Shown here piece by piece: positions 10,214-19,284 of a stretch of 64,000 nt of DNA (within the stretch, counting starts at the first letter, position 1; each line of letters starts with the position of its first letter). Below the pieces are notes generated by a model. The model did no database searches. It saw only the letters and a program-made list of their open reading frames with translations, and was not told the origin of the DNA. The translations under genes and the position numbers were made by a program. The DNA is from Erythrobacter sp. (GTDB taxonomy: Bacteria > Pseudomonadota > Alphaproteobacteria > Sphingomonadales > Sphingomonadaceae). Where the stretch lies: the NCBI GenBank assembly GCA_039988235.1, contig JBDXKB010000004.1, positions 185,643-249,642 of the forward strand, written 5' to 3'.

Positions 10214-10229
10214 ATGGGAACGTTCTCAT
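10214..10229. promoter_or_regulatory. LacI-family operator-like palindrome upstream of GH3
   Basis: ATGGGAACGTTCTCAT has 14 of 16 positions symmetric and shares the GAACGTTC core with the 4248-4257 site. Confidence 0.72.
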
Positions 10230-10259
10230 AGAGAGCGATTTGATGGAGAGGGAATAATT

Positions 10260-12710
10260 ATGCGGGCTGCAACCTTGCTAGCAACGCTATCACTGGTGCT
10301 CACCGGCTGTGCTTCGGCTTACGGGCCCGCTCAAATACCGGCCCAACCATCGGCCCAACCACTCGCTTCTGCGCCTGAACAGGCGCAAACGGTCGATCTC
10401 AAGGCTGAGGAGAACTCTGTCGTCGCATCGCTGCTGGCTCGCATGAGTGTGGAGCGCAAGGTGGGGCAGCTCATCCAGCCGCAAATCAACTCTTTCACTG
10501 CCGAAGATATGGAGCGCTATCGCTTTGGCAGCTATCTCAATGGCGGCAATGGCGGCCCGTATGGCGATGAATTTGCCCCTGCTTCTGAGTGGCTGAAATT
10601 GGCGGACGAGATGTATGACGCATCGGTCAAGCCGCTTGCCAATGGTGAGCCGGCGATCCCGGTCATGTGGGGCACCGATGCCGTCCACGGCCATTCCAAT
10701 ATCGTTGGTGCGACCCTATTTCCGCACAATATCGCATTAGGAGCCGCCGGCGACGCTGATCTGGTGCGCAGAATTGGCGCCGCAACCGCGACCGAGATCG
10801 AGGTAACCGGCATCGACTGGAACTTCTCTCCGACCGTTGCGGTGGCTCGAGATGACCGCTGGGGCAGGACCTATGAAAGCTATTCTGAAAACCCGGATTT
10901 GGTCGCCAAATTGGGCGCTGCGCTGGTCGAAGGGCAGCAGGGCATCCGGGGCGAAGCGAATTATCTGGGTGACGGAAAAGTCATCGCCACGGCCAAACAC
11001 TTCTTTGGTGATGGCGGTACCGCGCGCGGGGTCGACCAAGGCGAAGTGAATGGCGATATTGACGCTCTGATCGCATTGCATGGGCGGCCCTATCCCGCTG
11101 CCATTAAGGCAGGCGTTGAAACGATCATGGCTAGCTTCAATTCGATCAATGGCCGCAAGATGCACGGCAATAAGGACCTGCTGACCGACGTTTTGCGGGG
11201 CGACATGGGCTTTGACGGTCTGGTCGTTGGTGACTGGAACGGACATGGGCAAATCAAAGGGTGCGAGGTCACCGATTGTCCGCAATCTCTGATGGCCGGC
11301 CTCGACATCTATATGGTGCCGGATGAATGGAAGCCCTTGATGGAGTCGCTGATCGCTCAAATTGAGGACGGGACCATACCTATGGCTCGTCTGGACGAGG
11401 CAGTGACCCGTATCCTGAGGGTAAAATATCGCGCCGGCCTGCTGGGCCCAGATGCAAAGCGACCATCTGAGCGTGGCGTTGCTGGTCGATATGAGCTGTT
11501 GGCTTCAGCGCAGCACCGCGCACTGGCCCGTGAGGCCGTCGCCCGTTCGCAAGTGGTTTTGAAGAATGACGGTGTATTGCCGTTGGCGGCTGGGGCAAAT
11601 GTCCTGGTGACCGGTGACGCTGCCAATCACATTGGCATCGCTTCTGGCGGATGGACTCTCGAATGGCAGGGCATGACCGAGAGCAACGCCACTCTATTCC
11701 CCAAGGCATCGACCATTTGGAGTGGTATTCGCGAAGGTGTTGAGGCCAATGGCGGGACCGCAACATTGTCAAAAGATGGCTTGTTTGAAACGAAACCCGA
11801 TGTTGCTGTCGTGGTGTTTGGCGAGCGTCCTTATGCTGAATTTGTCGGCGATCAGTCTGATCTTGTGTTCCGTGACGAAGCCGGGTTGAAATTGCTGCGC
11901 GAATTCAAAGCGCAAGGAATACCTGCTGTGGCAGTGTTCCTGTCAGGCCGTCCGATGTGGATGAACCGCGAGCTCAACGCATCCAATGCTTTTGTGGCGG
12001 CATGGCTGCCGGGCAGTGAAGGCGCAGGCGTCGGCGATGTATTGACCGGGCGTGTCGCGGCATCTGGCAAATTGTCATTCAGCTGGCCCGCCGCATGCGA
12101 GGGCGAACCCTTGAACGGCCCCGACGGCGCTTTGTTCGCGCTGGGCTATGGACGATCACTTCAGGACATCGGCGTAATGCCCGAGCTCAGTGAGGAATGT
12201 GGTCCGTTGTCAGCGGTCGATTTGTCTGAACTGTTCGTGGCTGGGCGATTGGGAGCCGGCGTTAGCGCGCTTGCCATCAATGCTGAGGGCAATTTTGCCA
12301 AGCTCGACCAACTTCGCGGATCAGCCAATGGAGTAAGCGCGATTGGTGTCGATCGGAACGCGCAAGAAGATGCGCGCGAAGTGACTATCGAGGCTGGCTC
12401 AACGCTTACTCTGACCAGCGAAATTGACAGCACGGCCGCATTTCGCATCGTGTACCAATTGGTTGGCCGCCCGACGGCGCCGGTGACATTGCAGGTGGGA
12501 ACGGCGGCCGATGGGCCGCGATCTTCCGTCGACATCACTCAGGCGCTTGCGATTGCAGACGGAAAAGGGTGGCGAGAAATGGTGATCACCAGCGCTTGTG
12601 CAGCAGGCGGTGGATCGGCCCTATCTGTGAAACCACAGCAAGAGCTGACGATCCAAATCGCGTCGGTCACCAGAGAAGAATTGCCGCAAGGCACCGCTTG
12701 CGCATTGTAG
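10260..12710 (+). CDS. GH3 exo-beta-glucosidase/glucanase lipoprotein (ExoP-like C-terminal domain)
   Basis: Lipobox LTGC, GTDAVHGH, RWGRTYESY, ATAKHF, VVGDW nucleophile, AQEDAR C-terminal motif. ATG 10260 follows a GGAGAGGGA RBS. Confidence 0.92.
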   Translation: MRAATLLATLSLVLTGCASAYGPAQIPAQPSAQPLASAPEQAQTVDLKAEENSVVASLLARMSVERKVGQLIQPQINSFTAEDMERYRFGSYLNGGNGGPYGDEFAPASEWLKLADEMYDASVKPLANGEPAIPVMWGTDAVHGHSNIVGATLFPHNIALGAAGDADLVRRIGAATATEIEVTGIDWNFSPTVAVARDDRWGRTYESYSENPDLVAKLGAALVEGQQGIRGEANYLGDGKVIATAKHFFGDGGTARGVDQGEVNGDIDALIALHGRPYPAAIKAGVETIMASFNSINGRKMHGNKDLLTDVLRGDMGFDGLVVGDWNGHGQIKGCEVTDCPQSLMAGLDIYMVPDEWKPLMESLIAQIEDGTIPMARLDEAVTRILRVKYRAGLLGPDAKRPSERGVAGRYELLASAQHRALAREAVARSQVVLKNDGVLPLAAGANVLVTGDAANHIGIASGGWTLEWQGMTESNATLFPKASTIWSGIREGVEANGGTATLSKDGLFETKPDVAVVVFGERPYAEFVGDQSDLVFRDEAGLKLLREFKAQGIPAVAVFLSGRPMWMNRELNASNAFVAAWLPGSEGAGVGDVLTGRVAASGKLSFSWPAACEGEPLNGPDGALFALGYGRSLQDIGVMPELSEECGPLSAVDLSELFVAGRLGAGVSALAINAEGNFAKLDQLRGSANGVSAIGVDRNAQEDAREVTIEAGSTLTLTSEIDSTAAFRIVYQLVGRPTAPVTLQVGTAADGPRSSVDITQALAIADGKGWREMVITSACAAGGGSALSVKPQQELTIQIASVTREELPQGTACAL

Positions 12711-12773
12711 CAATATTGGATCGCATCGCCGGATCTGCCGAAGAAGCCAGGCTGGCACCAGAGGGGAAATAGA

Positions 12774-14357
12774 ATGACGCTCGAGACTATCGATATCATC
12801 ATCATTGCAGGTTACGCGATCGCGTTGCTGGGCATCGCCCTGTTCGTCAGCCGCGAACCTGCTGGACATGAGAAAAACACCGAGGACTATTTTCTCGCCG
12901 GGCGCGCTCTGCCGTGGTGGGCTATCGGTGCTTCGCTGATCGCGTCAAACATTTCCGCTGAGCAGATCATTGGCCAGTCGGGAGAGGGTTTCGCCATCGG
13001 GATCGCGATTGCCGCCTATGAATGGCAGGCCGCGATTGTCCTATTGATTGTCGCGAAATACTTTCTGCCGATCTTCTTGAAACGTCAGATTTACACAATG
13101 CCGCAATTCCTTGATCAAAGGTATGGCGCGGGCGTCAAAACGCTGATGAGCGTGTTTTGGGTGTTCCTCTACACCGCCGTCAATCTCACCGCCGTATTGT
13201 GGTTAGGCGGCCTAGCGGTCGATACCCTCACCGGTTGGGGCGTGATGCCATCGATGATGGCGCTGGCTGGATTTGCCGTTCTTTATTCGCTTTATGGCGG
13301 ACTGAAGGCGGTCGCATTGACCGACATCATTCAGGTGGTGATCCTGATCATCGGCGGCCTCGCCATCACATGGTTTGCGCTCGATGCGCTCCCTGCCGAT
13401 GGTGCGATTGCCGGCCTTGGTTTCTTGATGCAGGAAATGCCGGGCCATTTCGAGATGATCTTGGATCAGGGCGACAATGGATATGACAAGTTGCCGGGCA
13501 TCTGGACCTTGCTGGGCGGGCTGTGGGTGCTCCATTTCAGCTATTGGGGGTTCAACCAATATATCATCCAGCGTGCGCTGGGCGCAGAGAATTTGGGCGA
13601 GGCGCAAAAGGGTCTGGCCTTTGCCGCCTTCCTAAAACTGCTGGTGCCGTTTATTGTTGTGATACCGGGGATTGCAGCTGTGATCCTTGCCCAACAGGGC
13701 ATGTTGGACGGAGCTGCCTTGGCTGAAAAATCAGACCGCACCTATGGTCAGTTGATGGGCTTTGCTCCGGCGGGCCTGAGAGGCCTGGTGTTTGCCGCGT
13801 TGATCGCAGCAATCGTATCGTCGCTCGCTTCGATGATGAATTCGATTTCGACGATCTTCACCATGGATCTTTATCGTACCGCACGACCCGACGAAGCAGA
13901 GCAGCACTATGTTCTCATCGGCAGGATCACTGCATTTGTCGCGATGGCATTGGCGCTTGTTCTGGCTCGTCCGTTCCTAGGCGGGTTTGAGAGCGCCTTT
14001 CAAACGGTGCAGGAATATACCGGCTATATCGCGCCGGGCATCGTGATCGTCTTCTTGCTGGGCTTCTTTGACAAGCGCGCCAATGCGGCGGGCGCTTTTA
14101 CCGCGCTGATCGGATCGGTTGTGCTCAATTTGGCGGTCAATGCGGTGTTCCCGGAATTGCCATTCGTGGTTCGCATTTGGATCGTGTTTGTGGTTGGGCT
14201 GATTGTCGCGATGATCGTCTCGCGGATGTCCGCAGCTCCAGACGAGGGGCGCACGGTCAAGCTGGGCGATATTGGATTTGCCACCAGCATGCTGTTCAAT
14301 ACGTTGGGCATGCTGACGGTCGCAATTCTGGTGGCGCTATATGTCTTTCTTTGGTGA
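12774..14357 (+). CDS. Sodium:solute symporter (SGLT-like sugar transporter)
   Basis: DYFLAGRALPWWAIGASLIASNISAEQ, YGGLKAVALTDIIQ, NQYIIQRALGA. Confidence 0.93.
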   Translation: MTLETIDIIIIAGYAIALLGIALFVSREPAGHEKNTEDYFLAGRALPWWAIGASLIASNISAEQIIGQSGEGFAIGIAIAAYEWQAAIVLLIVAKYFLPIFLKRQIYTMPQFLDQRYGAGVKTLMSVFWVFLYTAVNLTAVLWLGGLAVDTLTGWGVMPSMMALAGFAVLYSLYGGLKAVALTDIIQVVILIIGGLAITWFALDALPADGAIAGLGFLMQEMPGHFEMILDQGDNGYDKLPGIWTLLGGLWVLHFSYWGFNQYIIQRALGAENLGEAQKGLAFAAFLKLLVPFIVVIPGIAAVILAQQGMLDGAALAEKSDRTYGQLMGFAPAGLRGLVFAALIAAIVSSLASMMNSISTIFTMDLYRTARPDEAEQHYVLIGRITAFVAMALALVLARPFLGGFESAFQTVQEYTGYIAPGIVIVFLLGFFDKRANAAGAFTALIGSVVLNLAVNAVFPELPFVVRIWIVFVVGLIVAMIVSRMSAAPDEGRTVKLGDIGFATSMLFNTLGMLTVAILVALYVFLW

Positions 14358-14422
14358 TCGGTAATGTGGTGCGCGCTCTAGGAATTGCTTAGTCGCGCGC
14401 CACCTAAGTTCGAGAGGTCGGT

Positions 14423-15634
14423 TTAGTCGGCGAAGCCTTCAGCCAAAAACTCCAACGCGCAACCGGCCAACACTGCTGTGCCGCGCGGAAGCGCTTTCTC
14501 GTCCACATGCATACGGGGAGAGTGGATGGCGCAGCAAGCGGTCCAGTCTTCGCCTTCGAGCGCGACGCCCAAGAAGAACATTGCGCCGGGCACTTTCTCC
14601 AAAACATAGGAGAAGTCTTCGGCACCCATCAGCGGGTCCCTCAACTGGTTCCAGGCCTCTTCACCGCCCAATTGCTTGGTGACCTTGCTGCCCAATTCGA
14701 CGGCGCGCGGATCGCAAACCGTGACCGGGAAGCCGAGGGTAAGTTCGCACTCAGCTTGCAAGCCATATGCAGCTGCAGTTTGCTCAGCGACCTCCACGAT
14801 CAGCTTGTGGATTTCCTCGCGATGTTCAGCGGAAAGGGTGCGGATCGTTCCGCCCAGTTTCGCATCATCTGCGATCACATTGTGGGCCGTCCCGACATGC
14901 ATTTGGGTGACGGTCACCACAACCGGATCGGCGGCCTTGAAGCGGCGAGTGACCATGGCCTGAATTGCGCCAACTACGGCGGCGGCGCATGGCACTGGGT
15001 CCTTGCAGTCATGTGGCATGCTGGCATGGCCGCCTTCGCCCTTAACAGTGATGTCGAACTGATCGGCGGCGGCCAGCAGAGGTCCGGCCCTGCCGCCTAC
15101 AACACCAAAAGGCGCATTGGGCATGATGTGCAGGGCAAATGCGGCATCAGGCAGCGGATCAATCAATCCATCGTCCAGCATGAAACGCGCACCATGATAG
15201 CCTTCTTCGCCGGGCTGAAACATGAAATCCACTGTGCCGGCGAAACTGTCTCGCTGGGCGCAGAGCAATTGAGCAGCCCCGGCCAACATGGCGGTGTGAG
15301 TGTCGTGGCCACAGGCATGCATGCGGCCCGGAATGGTTGAGGCAAAGTCGAGATCGGTTTTTTCGTCCATCGGCAGCGCGTCCATATCGCCGCGCAGCAA
15401 TACGCGACGATCAGCACCCGCACCCTCGCCCGTTCCGACCAGTGTTGCGATTGCACCTGTGCATGATGGCCCCTCGCGCCACGTCAGCGGTAATCCTTCG
15501 AGAGCGGCGCGCACTTTTGCCAAGGTTTTTGGCGTCTCCAAACCCAGCTCGGGTTCTTTGTGAATCGCGCGGCGAAGCGACACAATGTTTTCGGATAGGC
15601 CATTGGCCGTTTCGAGCAGGTCCTGAGTAAGCAT
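14423..15634 (-). CDS. M20 family amidohydrolase (hippurate hydrolase-like)
   Basis: HKEPELG, LRGDMDALP, MHACGHD, FQPGEEG, GAEDFS motifs. Confidence 0.92.
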   Translation of the reverse strand: MLTQDLLETANGLSENIVSLRRAIHKEPELGLETPKTLAKVRAALEGLPLTWREGPSCTGAIATLVGTGEGAGADRRVLLRGDMDALPMDEKTDLDFASTIPGRMHACGHDTHTAMLAGAAQLLCAQRDSFAGTVDFMFQPGEEGYHGARFMLDDGLIDPLPDAAFALHIMPNAPFGVVGGRAGPLLAAADQFDITVKGEGGHASMPHDCKDPVPCAAAVVGAIQAMVTRRFKAADPVVVTVTQMHVGTAHNVIADDAKLGGTIRTLSAEHREEIHKLIVEVAEQTAAAYGLQAECELTLGFPVTVCDPRAVELGSKVTKQLGGEEAWNQLRDPLMGAEDFSYVLEKVPGAMFFLGVALEGEDWTACCAIHSPRMHVDEKALPRGTAVLAGCALEFLAEGFAD

Positions 15635-15790
15635 GAAGAGTTTGTAGCGCGCTGTATCGAATCGTCCAATGATTTTGGCGTTCAATGGTTCTGTTGCAGT
15701 GTGATTGCGCGCATTCGCCAGCGATCAAACCGGCAAAACTTCAAAAAGCTCTAGTGGGGCGCACCCTTATGCGGCTAAAGCAGTGGCGCT

Positions 15791-16834
15791 ATGCCTTCTC
15801 CGGTCCATGAATTTAGCGATTTGCCGCGTCAGACTGAGGTGGCCAAACGCGCCCAGACGGTTGAAAAGGCTGACAAGATTGAGCCGTGCGCAGACGACGC
15901 CTGTATTGGCATGATCTACAATCCGCGCAGCCATCGCAATCGTGGCCGCGATCTGGATGCCAGCATAGCACCACATATCTTTTTGGCTCAGCCGGGCAAT
16001 CGCGATCAATTACCCCAAGCCTTGGCCGAGTTTGCAGAGCGCAAGATCAACCTCCTGATTATCAATGGTGGCGATGGAACAGTGCGCGATGTGTTGACCA
16101 GCGGCATGGCGGTTTTCGGCGACAATTGGCCCGATATCGCAGTTCTGCCCAAGGGCAAGACCAACGCCCTGACGGTCGATCTTGAGGCCCCAAAGGATTG
16201 GTCTTTGCAAGGCGCGATTGAGGCCTTCGACAGCGGTCGCAGAATTACTCGCAAGCCGGTGATGATCCACCCCGCCGATGATCCAGATGCTAAGGCCTAT
16301 GGCTTTATCTTGGGCGCAGGCGCACTGACCATCGGAACGCAAGCTGGCCAAGGCGCGCATAAACTCGGTGCTTTTAACAGCCTTGCTGTTGGCGCAACGG
16401 CGGTGTGGGGGGTCGTGCAATTTCTGTTCAGCGGCAACACCAACCAATGGCGGCGCGGGGTTAAGTTGGACGTGGTGCTTGATGATGACGGGTCTGCTCT
16501 GGCCCATAGCGGGCTTGGCGACCCCGAAAGGCGGCAGCTTCTGCTGGCCTCAACACTGCAGAAATTGCCTGCTGGTTTGAAGGCATTTGGGGCCCATCGA
16601 GAGGGCCTGAAGCTGGCGGTGCTTGATCAGATCACCCGCCGAACGGCAGCTTCACTGCCTCTGATAGTGAGCGGTTGGGCTCCGGATAATTTGTCAGAGA
16701 AAGGTTTTCATCAGTTGAGCACACAAGGCTTTACGATGGAGCTGGACGAGGCATTTATCCTTGATGGAGAAGCCTTCCCGGCGGGTCGCTACCGTGTGTG
16801 CACCGGACCAGAGCTCCAATTCGTTGCACCCTGA
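15791..16834 (+). CDS. Diacylglycerol kinase catalytic-domain lipid kinase (DAGK/sphingosine/ceramide kinase superfamily)
   Basis: IYNPRS, GGDGT, LPKGKTNAL and C-terminal FILDGE motifs. Confidence 0.85.
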   Translation: MPSPVHEFSDLPRQTEVAKRAQTVEKADKIEPCADDACIGMIYNPRSHRNRGRDLDASIAPHIFLAQPGNRDQLPQALAEFAERKINLLIINGGDGTVRDVLTSGMAVFGDNWPDIAVLPKGKTNALTVDLEAPKDWSLQGAIEAFDSGRRITRKPVMIHPADDPDAKAYGFILGAGALTIGTQAGQGAHKLGAFNSLAVGATAVWGVVQFLFSGNTNQWRRGVKLDVVLDDDGSALAHSGLGDPERRQLLLASTLQKLPAGLKAFGAHREGLKLAVLDQITRRTAASLPLIVSGWAPDNLSEKGFHQLSTQGFTMELDEAFILDGEAFPAGRYRVCTGPELQFVAP

Positions 16835-17718
16835 TGGATCCGCTGCACACCCGCATTGCAGAGCGTTTGGCAGCGCCAATTCATGCCGATGTTGCCGCGT
16901 TCGGTGAAGCTTTGGCCCGCGATGCCGGCGCGGTTGCCGTGCTGTTCTATGGCTCCAACCTTCGCACCGGTTCGTTAGAGGGCGTTCTCGACTTTTATCT
17001 TTTGTTGCCCGGCCCACAGCAAGAGCGCATTTGGCCCCGTGTTAGCTATCACGAAAGGCGCACAGATAGCGGCGAGCAATTGCGTGCAAAAGTCGCGACC
17101 ATGTCGCTTGAGCGGTTTTCCGAGGCTGCTGCGGGCGAACGGATGGACACAACCATCTGGGCGCGATTTGTTCAGCCCAGTGGGCTAGTCTGGGCTGTGG
17201 ATGAGGCCACGAAGGCGCAAGTAATCTCGGCCATCAGATCGGCAGCAACAAGCGCGGCCAGACTTGCGGCGGCCCTTGGCCCGACAAGCGGCGCGGCGGA
17301 GGATTATTGGCGGGCATTGTTTCAGGCGACCTATAAGGCTGAATTTCGGGTCGAGAAGCCGGGTCGCGAGGATTCAATCCTGTCGGTGAACGCAGCGCAT
17401 TTCGATGGCCTGTTTCCGCTAGCGCTTGATGCGGCGGGTATTGCTTACGATCAGGCAGAAGGTGTCATCACCCCCACGCTTGGCATAGCGGAACGGGCTG
17501 ATATTCGCGCATGGTGGAGCAAGCGCAGGCGCATGGGCAAGCCGCTGAATGTTGTTCGGTTGGTCAAGGCAAGCACAACATTTGAGGGCGCCGCGCGCTA
17601 TGCCGCTTGGAAGATTGAGCGCCATACAGGTGTGCCGGTCAAGGTAACGCCATTTCGGGAGAAATACCCTCTGCTGGCGGCACCATCTGTGTTGTTCGAT
17701 GTGTGGCGGAAAAAGTGA
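16834..17718 (+). CDS. Hypothetical protein, Tam41/Mmp37-like nucleotidyltransferase by motif resemblance
   Basis: TGATG overlap with the kinase stop. Motifs FYGS..GVLDFY, WARFVQP, TYKAEFRVE and ARYAAWKIERH. The CDS itself is solid; the family call is inference. Confidence 0.7.
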   Translation: MDPLHTRIAERLAAPIHADVAAFGEALARDAGAVAVLFYGSNLRTGSLEGVLDFYLLLPGPQQERIWPRVSYHERRTDSGEQLRAKVATMSLERFSEAAAGERMDTTIWARFVQPSGLVWAVDEATKAQVISAIRSAATSAARLAAALGPTSGAAEDYWRALFQATYKAEFRVEKPGREDSILSVNAAHFDGLFPLALDAAGIAYDQAEGVITPTLGIAERADIRAWWSKRRRMGKPLNVVRLVKASTTFEGAARYAAWKIERHTGVPVKVTPFREKYPLLAAPSVLFDVWRKK

Positions 17719-17751
17719 GCGTCTGATCGCCGCGCTGCGCCAAAGGCGGGC

Positions 17752-18285
17752 TTACATATACCGCATTCTGATCGAGATTCTTTCAACCCCGGGGCCGATA
17801 TTGAACCGTGTCTTTTTGTAACTCGGTTTGCCTAGATTGAAGATGTTGAGCGATGGGTTGTTCGACATCGCACCGCCATCCTTTCTGATCTCGGTCTTGC
17901 CATTGTTATTGGTATCGTGGCGCACAGCGATGCCATAAACACCCGATACCGGCACTGGCATGCAGACTGTCATCGAACCTGCTTTGGCGGGCAGTTCGAT
18001 CCGGTTGATCCATTTGCCTTTCTCCAGCCATTCTTGCTTTGTCCCGCGATAGCTTTGCACGCGGATCGTCCCAGACGAGCTTTTGATCTCGTTGATTGTG
18101 ACCAGAACAGAGGGGCCGCGACCCGAGGTGCAATGGGCGGTATTGTGGGCAATCTTGTTGCGAAAACCGTTCGAACTGGCGGGTTGAGCGAGCACAGAGG
18201 TGGAGGCCAGAATCAAGGCGCACACACCCATAGCGCGGCCCAATGGTTGGGCGCGTTTCAGAGAATGTCGCAAGTGATTGCTCAT
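17752..18285 (-). CDS. DUF2141 family exported protein (second paralogue)
   Basis: SGTIRVQSY, GVYGIAVRHDTNNNGK, GAMSNNP..GKPSY motifs and a signal-like segment. Start at 18285 (or 18231). Confidence 0.78.
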   Translation of the reverse strand: MSNHLRHSLKRAQPLGRAMGVCALILASTSVLAQPASSNGFRNKIAHNTAHCTSGRGPSVLVTINEIKSSSGTIRVQSYRGTKQEWLEKGKWINRIELPAKAGSMTVCMPVPVSGVYGIAVRHDTNNNGKTEIRKDGGAMSNNPSLNIFNLGKPSYKKTRFNIGPGVERISIRMRYM

Positions 18286-18455
18286 CGTGACCTCGTAAAA
18301 ACCTTGGGTGGAGCGGGCCAATCGGCGCGCAGAAACAGAGACCTGGAGGTGTCCAGCGGCACCGGAAATCCCGGCTATGAGAGAAGGTTTACACAGGCGG
18401 GCCTTAATTGTCGCTGAATTGTTCTTAGCAAGCGCATTCAGCCAACGCATTCTGG

Positions 18456-18500
18456 CAATTTTGCCAAATTCGTCAATTTTGCCAATTTTGCCAATTTTGA
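18456..18500. repeat. 9-bp tandem repeat (CAATTTTGC)x5, degenerate
   Basis: CAATTTTGC CAAATTCGT CAATTTTGC CAATTTTGC CAATTTTGA read directly from the sequence. Confidence 0.85.
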
Positions 18501-18621
18501 GCGCCTTGCATGTGGAAAGCCGTGCTGCGCGGCCTAAGGCGTGTGGAAAAGGGCCCCTGCTGCGCTTGTTACGATTAACCATGCCTCCTACGCCGTAGAT
18601 CTGCTTGCGATCGGACCCAAC

Positions 18622-19284
18622 ATGGCGCCACCCCTGATTTCCCCCTCAATTTTGTCGGCTGATTTTGCGCGGCTGGGCGAAGAAGTGCGCGCAATTGACG
18701 AGGCTGGTGCGGATTGGATCCACGTCGATGTGATGGATGGGCATTATGTTCCGAATCTGACGATCGGACCCATGGTGGTCAAAGCGTTGCGTCCGCACAC
18801 TACCAAGATTTTCGATGTTCATTTGATGATTTCTCCGGTCGATCCTTATCTGGAAGAATTCGCCGAGGCTGGCGCAGACATCATCACGGTTCATCCTGAG
18901 GCGGGCGCGCACACCCACCGCACTGTTCAGGCGATTAAGGCGCTGGGCAAACAGGCGGGCGTATCGCTCAATCCGGCAACACCGGCGAAGATGCTCGACT
19001 ATCTGATCGAGGATGTCGATCTGGTCTTGGTGATGAGCGTCAATCCCGGCTTTGGCGGACAGAGTTTTATTCATTCGCAGCTGCGCAAGATCGAAGCGAT
19101 CCGGAAAATGATCGACAAGACGGGCAAGGATATCCGGCTTGAGGTGGATGGCGGAGTCAATCCCGAAACGGCGCGCTTGTGTGTTGATGCAGGGGCGGAT
19201 GTGCTGGTCGCAGGATCAGCCACGTTTAAGGGAGGCCCTGATCACTACGCCGCCAATATTGCAGCCTTGAAGGGCGAGAATTGA
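18622..19284 (+). CDS. rpe: Ribulose-phosphate 3-epimerase
   Basis: [39 protein letters not shown]. Confidence 0.97.
   Translation: MAPPLISPSILSADFARLGEEVRAIDEAGADWIHVDVMDGHYVPNLTIGPMVVKALRPHTTKIFDVHLMISPVDPYLEEFAEAGADIITVHPEAGAHTHRTVQAIKALGKQAGVSLNPATPAKMLDYLIEDVDLVLVMSVNPGFGGQSFIHSQLRKIEAIRKMIDKTGKDIRLEVDGGVNPETARLCVDAGADVLVAGSATFKGGPDHYAANIAALKGEN

Noticed and set aside
18456-18500. Repeat array as a mini-CRISPR
   Set aside because: The units are 9 bp and contiguous with no spacers, and there are no cas genes in the window.
18286-18582. 99-aa N-terminal extension of DUF2141 (KIGKIGKI), and the plus-strand 96-aa ORF 18308-18598
   Set aside because: These are translations of the 9-bp repeat and promoter region. 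A promoter-like element lies inside the extension and the signal peptide starts further downstream.
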